Assembly (NCBI GenBank): GCA_964387165.1
Contig: CAYLVR010000001.1
Coordinates: 1 to 51,215, forward strand
From: an uncultured Chitinophagaceae bacterium
GTDB lineage: Bacteria; Bacteroidota; Bacteroidia; Chitinophagales; Chitinophagaceae
Reading direction: 5' to 3'
DNA length: 51,215 bases
The notes beneath the pieces are model-generated. The model did no database searches and was not told the origin of the DNA. It saw only the letters and a list, made by a program, of their open reading frames with translations. Of this stretch, positions 28,590-36,899 are shown piece after piece (within the stretch, counting starts at the first letter, position 1; every line of letters begins with the position of its first letter). Position numbers and translations under genes: made by a program.

Positions 28590-29687
28590 TTAAAATTTAA
28601 ATGATGCTCCAACATTTATAGAATAGTCGGCAAATGCCGCATCACCATGTGCATAGGTTCCCGTTGCAGCAGTGCGAAGCTTATCGGCATAGCTTTGAGT
28701 GCGATTTCTCTCAACAGCTACCGGTATTGTAGCAAATGCAACAATTTTTTTAAACGCATAACTTACGCCAGGTTCAACAGAAAGTACATAACCGGGTCTG
28801 CGGAATCCTTCATCGCCACCAATAAGGTCGCTGGAGGGAATACATTCGAAACGCATACCTGCAGAAGCAAGAAATTTTCCAAAAGAAAAATTACCGCCTG
28901 CCCTGATCATATATTGGTCGGGAACGCTCATGGTAGTAGTCTTATAGTCTATTGCGGTTTGCGAAAGTGCACCCCCTCTTGAAGTGGAAACACCATTTTC
29001 TTCTCTTGGATTAACGAGGTAATAAAAATTACCATACACCCCTACTGTATGTGTAAAATCATAGAATGCATTTATTTCGCCTGTAACTCCCAGTCCACCG
29101 TCGCCGAGCTGAATAGATTGATCAACAGGGCCCGATAAATTGCCTGCATCTCCTCCTTTGTAAAAGACATCTTCAACTTTATAATTTCCTGTAGGCAATT
29201 TAACTCCAAGGCCAGCCTGGATGTTTCCTTTTGTCGATTTTGCCGGATCGAGGAGCCAACGGTAACCGCTGATTCTTATATCGCCCAAACCGGATGCATT
29301 TGTATTATGCCTTGCTGCCTGCCCGGCATTATTCCCGCCATGCTCATATAGAGATGAACGCCTATTAGTTAGCAGTGGAACATCAAGACCAAGAGACCAG
29401 CGAATATTGAGTTGTCTTACCAAAGTAAAATTGACGGTGTGCTGCCAGTTGATTACTTCTGTATTTTTCTCCATTCGTTCTTTTTGTTCTTCCTTTCCAA
29501 CAAAATGACGGAATGATTTAAAATATCTGTAAGAGGTATTTAGTTGCCAGCCTTTGGCAGCTTTTCCAGGCTCCTGCTTAGTGCATACGGCACCTGTACT
29601 TCTTATAGCAACACATCCCTGAGCGTTTGTATTTGTGTTAAACAAAACAACTGCAATAACGAGAACTAATAAATATTTCATAAACAA
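28590..29687 (-). CDS. outer-membrane beta-barrel channel (MetA/phenol-degradation-transporter-like)
   Basis: Signal peptide, beta-strand periodicity, and a terminal F (GASFKF). The family assignment is from memory only. Confidence 0.55.
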   Translation of the reverse strand: MFMKYLLVLVIAVVLFNTNTNAQGCVAIRSTGAVCTKQEPGKAAKGWQLNTSYRYFKSFRHFVGKEEQKERMEKNTEVINWQHTVNFTLVRQLNIRWSLGLDVPLLTNRRSSLYEHGGNNAGQAARHNTNASGLGDIRISGYRWLLDPAKSTKGNIQAGLGVKLPTGNYKVEDVFYKGGDAGNLSGPVDQSIQLGDGGLGVTGEINAFYDFTHTVGVYGNFYYLVNPREENGVSTSRGGALSQTAIDYKTTTMSVPDQYMIRAGGNFSFGKFLASAGMRFECIPSSDLIGGDEGFRRPGYVLSVEPGVSYAFKKIVAFATIPVAVERNRTQSYADKLRTAATGTYAHGDAAFADYSINVGASFKF

Positions 29688-29766
29688 ATTTGGTATATAA
29701 TCGGATATTTTGCAGGTATACCTACAAATAAAAGTTGTGAAAATAAAAGTTGATTGATTAAATATA

Positions 29767-30318
29767 TCAGGCTCGTGGTGGTTGTGTCAGGATGTTTGTA
29801 AATCCCGCAGAGTAATTGGGTTCCCCCGAAGCAATATGTCTTATTTCAACAGGCATAATAGGATTGATAGCCCATGAATTGTTTTCCTGCCTGTATTCTG
29901 TAGTAGATGTTTTGAATGAGGAAGCAGTGCTTTTTTCTTTTGATTGTGAAGAATGATTAAGATCGTTCACTAATTTAAAAAAGTCAATACGTGAATTTTG
30001 AAAACGTGTTTTATTTTCATTTGGCAAGCATAACAGAACAAGTTCCCCTTTTTCAACTTTGCGTTTTACATATTTGTAATGGACACCATCTAATTCTATT
30101 TCTCCTGAATATCTTTCAAATTCTGCGCTGCCTGAAATATATGGGGCATTGAGCGGAACTCTCAGCTCAATTAAGTCTGATTCCTCGTAGTTAGAGTTGT
30201 TGATGCTGGCTTCTAATTTAATATCTGATTTGTTTTCAAAATAATGGGAGACAAAACGATACCCTACCCAATTAAAGGCAAGAATAGTTAGGAGTAGTAT
30301 TGAAGCAGCCAGTTTCAC
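29767..30318 (-). CDS. single-pass membrane protein, unknown function (paralog B)
   Basis: 183 aa with the same architecture as 28005..28556. The central 89 codons are identical at the DNA level. Confidence 0.6.
   Translation of the reverse strand: MKLAASILLLTILAFNWVGYRFVSHYFENKSDIKLEASINNSNYEESDLIELRVPLNAPYISGSAEFERYSGEIELDGVHYKYVKRKVEKGELVLLCLPNENKTRFQNSRIDFFKLVNDLNHSSQSKEKSTASSFKTSTTEYRQENNSWAINPIMPVEIRHIASGEPNYSAGFTNILTQPPRA
29836..30102. repeat. 267-bp perfect direct repeat, copy 2
   Basis: Identical to 28074..28340. Confidence 0.9.
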
Positions 30319-30350
30319 AATTACAAGGGCGAAAAGGTAGGGATTTCTGG

Positions 30351-31175
30351 TTAAATTCCATACACGAGGGTGGCATTTCTTCCAAATATTTTCTCTTTGT
30401 CTTCAGTATCAAGGCGCTCCATATACTTCTCCAGCATGCTTTTCCACTGCACGTAGATCCCAGAGAGAAGCATTATGGGCCAATCGCTGCCATATAGCAG
30501 CCGGTTTGTACTAAAAGCATTGAAAATCACGTCAAAGTAGGGGTAAAAATCGCCTGGACTCCAGTTTTTCCATTCAGCTTCAGTGATCAATCCTGAAAGC
30601 TTACAGTACACGTTTGGATATAAAGCGAGTTCATTTATTCCGGCTTTCCAACTGTCAATCCCTTTGTTTTTTACATTAGGTTTACCGAAATGATCGAGTA
30701 TAAAAGTTTGATCTGGAAATGCCGATACAAGATCGATAACCCCTTTTAATTGACCTGGGTTAATAAGCAAATCAAAAGTATAGTCATATTCCTTCAATGC
30801 AGCGATGCCTCTTCGGAAATCCTGATCATAAAAAAGATCGTCGGGTTCGGACTGAAGTATATGCCTGACGCCTTTGATGATCGGGTATGCCTTTAATTCA
30901 TCGAGGCTTTTTTTAAGTTGAGAAGACGCGGGGTTGGCCCATCCGATAACTCCTTTAATAAACGAATGTGTATTGGCGAGTTCTGCCAGAAATCTTGTTT
31001 CTACCAATGAGGGTATTGACTGCACTGCAATACATCCATCAATCCCGTTTCTTTCCAGCGTAAGTTTTATATCTGCAGGCAAATAATCTTTCTGCAAGGT
31101 CTTCATACTCTTATCTATCCACCCATATTCTGTCTTATTATATTTCCAGAAATGCACATGGCTATCAATCACCAT
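30351..31175 (-). CDS. amidohydrolase-2 family metal-dependent hydrolase (lactonase/decarboxylase-like)
   Basis: N-terminal IDSHVHFW metal-binding motif and the segment LYGSDWP; 274 aa. Confidence 0.75.
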   Translation of the reverse strand: MVIDSHVHFWKYNKTEYGWIDKSMKTLQKDYLPADIKLTLERNGIDGCIAVQSIPSLVETRFLAELANTHSFIKGVIGWANPASSQLKKSLDELKAYPIIKGVRHILQSEPDDLFYDQDFRRGIAALKEYDYTFDLLINPGQLKGVIDLVSAFPDQTFILDHFGKPNVKNKGIDSWKAGINELALYPNVYCKLSGLITEAEWKNWSPGDFYPYFDVIFNAFSTNRLLYGSDWPIMLLSGIYVQWKSMLEKYMERLDTEDKEKIFGRNATLVYGI

Positions 31176-31200
31176 AATTTTTTAATAAATATAAGGAAAG

Positions 31201-31230
31201 TCCGCTCTCTGCCTTGAAAAGAGGAGCGGT
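31201..31230 (-). repeat. partial copy of the ttttcaaagg hairpin module
   Basis: The reverse complement, accgctcctcttttcaaggcagagagcgga, resembles 11293-11316. Confidence 0.4.
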
Positions 31231-31262
31231 GTAATCTTAATGCAATTTCAATCACCGCCCTA

Positions 31263-31416
31263 ATGATTCCACGCCGATTGCACACCGATTGCACACTGAT
31301 TCCAGATTGATTCCAGACTGATGATCAATCGATGATTGATTGATGATCAACCGATGACCAACTGATGAATGATTGATGATTGATTGATGAATGACTGATG
31401 GCCAACCGATGAATAA
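31263..31416. repeat. tandem array of 14 degenerate 11-bp units with an invariant GAT core
   Basis: Units: atgattccacg, ccgattgcaca x2, ctgattccaga, ttgattccaga, ctgatgatcaa, tcgatgattga, ttgatgatcaa, ccgatgaccaa, ctgatgaatga, ttgatgattga, ttgatgaatga, ctgatggccaa, ccgatgaataa. Confidence 0.9.
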
Positions 31417-31578
31417 TGACTCGTCCGTCAATAACTAGACCGGTGAATAACCAAATCTGGTTGTTACTATACAGGAACCGGGTTTAGCCTTTCTGGTACT
31501 ATATAACATCTTGAGTTAAACAGGAAACTGACTGCAGGAGGGGTCTAATTCTTACAAACCATTTTTAATTCTTTAAAC

Positions 31579-31627
31579 AAGCCAGGCTTAAAAAAGCCCG
31601 GCGTTTGTTGATCGTACCCTTTAAAAA
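31579..31627 (-). repeat. hairpin repeat element, copy A (terminator-like on the minus strand)
   Basis: aagccaggc-ttaaaaaa-gcccggcgtttgttgatcgtaccctttaaaaa. The stem and the 3' 31 nt are shared with copy B. Confidence 0.7.
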
Positions 31628-31773
31628 TAAATTCTTCGAATGATTTATGTGAGCGCCTGATAATCCGGCTCTTTTTATATTCTGGTGTTGTTTTTAAATC
31701 AAAAAACGATTTAATAGATCTTACTAAAGAAATTGAAGTACTCATCTGCAAAAAATTAAAATCTTTTGGAAAT

Positions 31774-31824
31774 AAGCCAGGCATAGAGATGCCCGGCGTT
31801 TGTTGATCGTACCCTTTAAAAAAA
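31774..31824 (-). repeat. hairpin repeat element, copy B (candidate terminator of the 31873..32310 gene)
   Basis: aagccaggc-atagagat-gcccggcgtttgttgatcgtaccctttaaaaaaa. On the minus strand it forms a 7-bp stem with one G-U pair, followed by UUAUUU. Confidence 0.6.
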
Positions 31825-31872
31825 GAGGTGAATAGTGCATTGATATTAATAATCTGCACCGTAATAATTTTA

Positions 31873-32310
31873 TTAATGAGTAAGCAGGTTTGCACTGCCA
31901 CCATTTACTATAGTTACAGGGGTAAATATTTCACTGCCGTCAAGGCCCACAACATGCAGGCGGTAATAAAGCGTTCCGCCATAATTCACTTTTAAATTAT
32001 CAATGAAAATATACTCTGGTTCTTCATCCCACTCTCCTGTAAATAATAATCCTGCTTCGTAAAATGCACGTCCGTTAATACTGCGTTCAACTACATAATG
32101 ACTTACTGCGCCCTTAAACGGAGCCCATCCCAACACAACTTTACTCTGTGATCTTGCTTTAATTTTTACAACAGTTTCGGGAACTGCTCTTTTTGAAGGA
32201 TTGATTTTTGCAGAGGCGTAAGTAGCTTCCTGTGCGTTTGTAATATTAATTAGGCATACTGCCATAATTAATAATGGTATTTTTTTAATTGAGGGGTACA
32301 GAAAATTCAT
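31873..32310 (-). CDS. small secreted protein, possibly with an Ig/FN3-like beta-sandwich
   Basis: Signal peptide from the ATG at 32310 (MNFLYPSIKKIPLLIMAVCLINITNAQ). I saw no recognisable catalytic motif. Confidence 0.5.
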   Translation of the reverse strand: MNFLYPSIKKIPLLIMAVCLINITNAQEATYASAKINPSKRAVPETVVKIKARSQSKVVLGWAPFKGAVSHYVVERSINGRAFYEAGLLFTGEWDEEPEYIFIDNLKVNYGGTLYYRLHVVGLDGSEIFTPVTIVNGGSANLLTH

Positions 32311-32505
32311 ACTGTATATTTTAAGGGTCAAATTGAAAACTAATTTGGGCCCATAGGAAATTTAGAGAATACAGTAATTCTAAAGGAAATGGAACGGAAT
32401 TAAAAAGGAGGATTGGAATAAACTGAATCGGCGTGAATGCTTGATTGCTTGAACAAAGATTGCAAGCATTTTTAACAGTTGCAATAGTAAATCTACGATC
32501 GACAT

Positions 32506-32543
32506 AAAAAAAGCCGCCTTCATTTTAAGAAGGCGGCTTTTTT
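32506..32543 (-). terminator. strong bidirectional intrinsic terminator downstream of atpA
   Basis: A7-gccgccttc-attttaa-gaaggcggc-T6: a 9-bp GC-rich stem, about 80 nt after the atpA stop. Confidence 0.85.
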
Positions 32544-32589
32544 AGGGGGAAATCTCCTCTGCAATGTTTGATTATGTTTAGTGTCTATA

Positions 32590-32610
32590 CCCTCTTTTTC
32601 AAAGGGGGGG
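32590..32610 (+). repeat. partial copy of the ccctttttcaaagggg hairpin module
   Basis: ccctctttttcaaaggggggg, immediately after the atpA stop. Confidence 0.45.
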
Positions 32611-32620
32611 CAGACTTGTC

Positions 32621-34198
32621 TTATTTATACTGAGGGACCAGTGAATTTGCCAGATCTGTCATCTTTTTAATCCCATCTTCAGGAAGGTTGCCCTTCTTGA
32701 ACTGTGCCAATACATCAGGATAGTGATTTTCCATTTCCAACAGGAACTGTTCTTCAAAATCCTTTACTTTCTTCACGGCAACCTGGCGAAGCAGACCCTG
32801 GGTACCCAGGTAAATCATAGCTACCTGTTTTTCAACGCTGAACGGTGTGTACTGCGCCTGTTTCAGGATTTCCACGTTTCTTGCACCCTTATCAATGATG
32901 AGTTTTGTAGCTGCATCAAGGTCGCCACCGAATTTAGAGAAAGCCTCCATTTCACGGTAAAGCGCCTGGTCAAGTTTCAGCGTACCCGATACTTTTTTCA
33001 TCGATTTGATCTGGGCATTACCACCCACACGGCTAACCGAGATACCCACGTTGATCGCAGGACGGATACCGGCATTGAACAAATTCGATTCAAGGAATAT
33101 CTGTCCATCAGTGATAGAGATCACATTTGTAGGAATATACGCTGATACGTCGCCCGCCTGTGTTTCAATAATTGGAAGGGCCGTTAATGATCCCCCACCT
33201 TTTACAAGGTGTTTGATAGAGTCGGGGAGATCGTTCATGTTTTTAGCCACGCTATCATCAGCAATTACTTTCGCTGCACGCTCAAGTAAACGGCTGTGCA
33301 GGTAAAACACATCACCCGGATAAGCTTCGCGGCCTGGTGGACGGCGAAGCAACAATGATACCTCACGATAAGCTACAGCCTGTTTAGATAAATCGTCATA
33401 GATGATCAATGCAGGACGGCCCGTATCACGGAAAAACTCCCCAATGGCTGCGCCTGCGAACGGAGCATAGAACTGTAAAGGAGCGGGATCGGAAGCCGAT
33501 GCCGCAACAATTGTAGTGAAAGCCATCGCGCCATTATCCTCAAGGGTTTTCATTACCCCTGCAATTGTCGATGCTTTCTGGCCGATAGCCACATATATAC
33601 AATACACAGGTTTACCTGCTGTATAAAATTCTTTCTGGTTAATGATCGTATCAACTGCAATAGCCGTTTTACCTGTCTGCCTGTCGCCGATGATCAACTC
33701 TCTTTGGCCGCGACCGATAGGAATCATTGCATCGATTGCTTTTAAGCCTGTCTGGAGCGGTTCTTTTACCGGCTCACGGAAAATAACGCCTGGCGCTTTA
33801 CGCTCGATGGGCATTTCATATAATTCGCCAGTCAGAGGCCCCTTGCCATCGATAGGCTGGCCAAGTGTGTTTACCACGCGGCCCAGCATACCGTCGCCAA
33901 CTTTAATAGAGGCGATCTTTCCTGTGCGCTTAACCTTTGAACCTTCTTTAATACCTGAAGCGTCACCCATTAATACCACACCTACATTATCTTCTTCGAG
34001 GTTAAGGGCAATTGCCTGCACGCCGCTCTCGAATTCCACCAGCTCACCACTGCTTACGTTATTTAATCCGTAAACACGGGCAATGCCATCACCCACCTGC
34101 AATACAGAACCTACTTCTTCGAGGTCTGCACCTGCGTTAAAGTTGCTTAACTGTTGGCGTAATATCGCCGAAATCTCATCCGATTTAATCTCAACCAT
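32621..34198 (-). CDS. atpA: F0F1 ATP synthase subunit alpha
   Basis: Walker A GDRQTGKT and a canonical alpha-subunit sequence; 525 aa. Confidence 0.98.
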   Translation of the reverse strand: MVEIKSDEISAILRQQLSNFNAGADLEEVGSVLQVGDGIARVYGLNNVSSGELVEFESGVQAIALNLEEDNVGVVLMGDASGIKEGSKVKRTGKIASIKVGDGMLGRVVNTLGQPIDGKGPLTGELYEMPIERKAPGVIFREPVKEPLQTGLKAIDAMIPIGRGQRELIIGDRQTGKTAIAVDTIINQKEFYTAGKPVYCIYVAIGQKASTIAGVMKTLEDNGAMAFTTIVAASASDPAPLQFYAPFAGAAIGEFFRDTGRPALIIYDDLSKQAVAYREVSLLLRRPPGREAYPGDVFYLHSRLLERAAKVIADDSVAKNMNDLPDSIKHLVKGGGSLTALPIIETQAGDVSAYIPTNVISITDGQIFLESNLFNAGIRPAINVGISVSRVGGNAQIKSMKKVSGTLKLDQALYREMEAFSKFGGDLDAATKLIIDKGARNVEILKQAQYTPFSVEKQVAMIYLGTQGLLRQVAVKKVKDFEEQFLLEMENHYPDVLAQFKKGNLPEDGIKKMTDLANSLVPQYK

Positions 34199-34208
34199 AT
34201 TTTTGTGC

Positions 34209-34772
34209 TTATCTTATCTTATAAATAAAGTCGTTATTTGAAAATTGTTTTTTGATCACGTTGAGATCGTAGGCAATGCTTGCATCAATTAGCTGATCCC
34301 CTACCTGTAATACAAATCCTCCGATTAAATCTTCGTTTACTGAAGCTGACAGTTCAATATTTTTCATGTCGGATTCACTCTTCACTTTATCCACTATTTC
34401 CTGTTTTAATTCTTCGCTTATTGGCGAGGCCGTAGCCAGGTTAACAGTAAATATCTGTTTGTGTTTTTTGTATTGCGAAATAAATGCATCAGCTATTTCG
34501 GGAAGATTTGACTCACGTCCTTTCCTGATCAGCAACCTGTTGAAAACAGCGGTAAGCTCACTCACCTTACCATTTGTTACTGCTTCAAGAATTGCCTGTT
34601 TTTTATCGGGAGTGATAATAGGGCTCTTCAGCAGGTTTACAAAATCCTTATTTGCTTTTGAAACAGCAGAAAGGTATTGCATATCCTTATACACTTCTTC
34701 CAGCGATCCTTTTTCGATCGACAGGTCAATCAGTGATTTTGCATACCTGGAAGCTATACGTGGATTAAGCAT
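34209..34772 (-). CDS. atpH: F0F1 ATP synthase subunit delta
   Basis: 187 aa; lies between atpF and atpA and has an OSCP-like sequence (RYAKSLIDL...). Confidence 0.9.
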   Translation of the reverse strand: MLNPRIASRYAKSLIDLSIEKGSLEEVYKDMQYLSAVSKANKDFVNLLKSPIITPDKKQAILEAVTNGKVSELTAVFNRLLIRKGRESNLPEIADAFISQYKKHKQIFTVNLATASPISEELKQEIVDKVKSESDMKNIELSASVNEDLIGGFVLQVGDQLIDASIAYDLNVIKKQFSNNDFIYKIR

Positions 34773-34773
34773 A

Positions 34774-35268
34774 TTAATTTAATTTCACCTCTTTAGTCAG
34801 GTCCTTAATATAATTTTCCTGTTCTGCTTTATTAGCTAATTCTCTTCTTAATACTTTCTGCGATATTTCAATGACTAACTGACCCACCTGGTTTTTTACA
34901 TCAGTTAATGCCGCCATTTTCTGTTGTTGAATGGCAGCCTGCGCATCTGCCACTATTTTATTAGCGTCTGATTTTGCCTGTTCTTTTGCTTCAGCAATTA
35001 TTTTATCTTTTGTATCGCGGGCTTCTTTTAAAATCTGCCCTCTTTCTTCACGTGCTTTTGCGAGTAATGCTTCATTTTCGCTTTTGAACTGTGCCATTTC
35101 GGCTTTCATTCTTTCAGCTGAAGCTAATGAATCTGCGATAGTTGTTTCTCTTTCTTTCAATGCACCCAGGATTGGTTTCCATGCGAATTTTTTCAAAATG
35201 AAAAACACGATCAGGAAGGCCAGTAAGGTCCAGATGATGAGTCCAAAGGAAGGTATGAGTAAATCCAT
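34774..35268 (-). CDS. atpF: F0F1 ATP synthase subunit b
   Basis: N-terminal TM helix followed by a long charged helix rich in A/E/K/Q; its position in the operon fits. Confidence 0.9.
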   Translation of the reverse strand: MDLLIPSFGLIIWTLLAFLIVFFILKKFAWKPILGALKERETTIADSLASAERMKAEMAQFKSENEALLAKAREERGQILKEARDTKDKIIAEAKEQAKSDANKIVADAQAAIQQQKMAALTDVKNQVGQLVIEISQKVLRRELANKAEQENYIKDLTKEVKLN

Positions 35269-35291
35269 TTATCTAAATTTTAATCTTTTCT

Positions 35292-35340
35292 GAAATCCCC
35301 GTTTCGCTTTGCGAAACTTCCCCTTTTTCAAAGGGGAGAA
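35292..35340 (+). repeat. double-hairpin intergenic repeat element (atpE-atpF spacer)
   Basis: gaaatcccc-gtttcgc-ttt-gcgaaac-ttc-ccccttt-ttc-aaagggg-agaa. Confidence 0.75.
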
Positions 35341-35344
35341 AGAA

Positions 35345-35381
35345 TTACTGCATTCGCCGCCCTGTGCTTTGAATGCAGTAA
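35345..35381 (-). terminator. intra-operon stem-loop directly after atpE (partial terminator or mRNA stabiliser candidate)
   Basis: Perfect 11-bp stem ttactgcattc/gaatgcagtaa with a 15-nt loop. On the minus strand it is followed by UUCUUUCU. Confidence 0.45.
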
Positions 35382-35390
35382 AAAGTTGGC

Positions 35391-35660
<270 letters not shown>

Positions 35661-35675
35661 TTAAAAAAACGCTTA

Positions 35676-36812
35676 TTAAATAATTATCGGATCATCAGGT
35701 CCAATCTGGTGTTTGTCATTATGGTCATGCACATCCTCAATAGCCTGCCCGATAAACACTGCCGTTAGATTCGTGAAGATAAAGGCCTGGATAAAGGCCA
35801 CCAATATCTCGATCAGGTAAATAAATACCGAGAAAGCTATTGAAATAGGCGAGAATCCCCAACCTATTGCAGCGCTTAACCCCCCAAAAATGAATATCAG
35901 GGAAATCAGGCAGATAATAATAATATGACCCGCAAGCATGTTCGCGAACAAACGAATAATCAACGCAAAAGGCTTGGTAAAAATGCTCAGAATTTCAACC
36001 AGCACAAGGATCGGCTTTACCGCACCGGGTACAGGAGGGTTGAAAATATGCCCCCAGTAATGAGAATTTCCATTTATACATATAAGGACGAACGAAACCA
36101 GTCCAAGCGCAGCCGTAAACGCGATATTGCCCGTTACGTTTGCAGAGCCAGGAATCATTCCAAAAAAACTGTTAATAAGAATAAAGAAAAATAAAGTCAG
36201 CAGGTAAGGGAGAAACTTATGGTAATCATGACCAAGATTGGGTTTGGCAACTTCATCACGCACAAAAGTGATCACAGGCTCAATCGCATTCTGCAGCCCG
36301 GTTGGCGCTTTTGTTGTGCCAATACCTTTTTTATACTTCCTGCTCATGTTAATAAAGATCACCACTAAAATGATCAGTGCCAACATCATCTGTACTACGT
36401 TTCTCGTTAAAGAAATGTCGTAAACGGTTACACCTTCTTCAACAGGAACAACTTTGCCTTTTACTAATTTATAGCCATCAACTTCATGCTCACCATGATG
36501 GAAAGCGGAAGACATAAAAACTGAAAAGCCTTTCTGGGGAGAATATAGTATTACCGGAAGAGGAACAGTAACATGGTGTTCATGACCGTCGGAACCTGTG
36601 TAACTCAGGAAATGGAACTCGTGGGCGTCAAGAACGTGTTCAAAAATCACCTTGTTTGCATCAAATTTCTGCTCTTTTTGCTGGATGGTTTCCGAAGGCT
36701 TTTCATCATGGTCTGCATGGTTGTGTTCCTGCGCAGTTGCAACATTGAAAAAAGCAATGCTAAAAACGCTGAAAGCCGCTACCAGTAAGGATTTAAGTCT
36801 CCTATTGAACAT
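35676..36812 (-). CDS. atpB: F0F1 ATP synthase subunit a (long Bacteroidetes-type N-terminus)
   Basis: C-terminal helices with the conserved Arg segment LIIRLFANMLAGH; it is the first gene of the atp string. Confidence 0.92.
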   Translation of the reverse strand: MFNRRLKSLLVAAFSVFSIAFFNVATAQEHNHADHDEKPSETIQQKEQKFDANKVIFEHVLDAHEFHFLSYTGSDGHEHHVTVPLPVILYSPQKGFSVFMSSAFHHGEHEVDGYKLVKGKVVPVEEGVTVYDISLTRNVVQMMLALIILVVIFINMSRKYKKGIGTTKAPTGLQNAIEPVITFVRDEVAKPNLGHDYHKFLPYLLTLFFFILINSFFGMIPGSANVTGNIAFTAALGLVSFVLICINGNSHYWGHIFNPPVPGAVKPILVLVEILSIFTKPFALIIRLFANMLAGHIIIICLISLIFIFGGLSAAIGWGFSPISIAFSVFIYLIEILVAFIQAFIFTNLTAVFIGQAIEDVHDHNDKHQIGPDDPIII

Positions 36813-36872
36813 ACCTTTTTCTAAATTTGCGGCAAAGATAAGGATGGGGGAATGAAAAAAAGAATTTACTTG

Positions 36873-36887
36873 GAAATCCCCCCTTTG
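36873..36887 (+). repeat. truncated copy of the gaaatccccc module
   Basis: gaaatcccccctttg, between the ABC exporter stop and the atpB start. Confidence 0.35.
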
Positions 36888-36899
36888 TACACAGAACGA

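Noticed and set aside
31190-31215. ggaaagtccg, which resembles the conserved GGAAAGUCCGG motif of RNase P RNA.
   Set aside because: This is an isolated 10-nt match. The surrounding sequence lacks the other conserved RNase P blocks and is instead a partial copy of the local hairpin repeat.
31263-31416. Whether the 11-bp array (and the one at 50170-50224) could be a CRISPR array or a coding repeat.
   Set aside because: The units are only 11 bp with no spacers, so this is not CRISPR architecture. The period is not a multiple of 3, the + strand is full of TGA stops, and no ORF of 60 aa or longer covers either array.
32723-35293. Long antisense ORFs inside the atp genes (32723..33145, 33006..33305, 33642..34073, 34366..34782, 34931..35293).
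   Set aside because: Each lies fully opposite a confidently identified, highly conserved atp gene. Their translations are low-complexity (S/I/L/A-rich) with no recognisable motifs. They are typical shadow ORFs.
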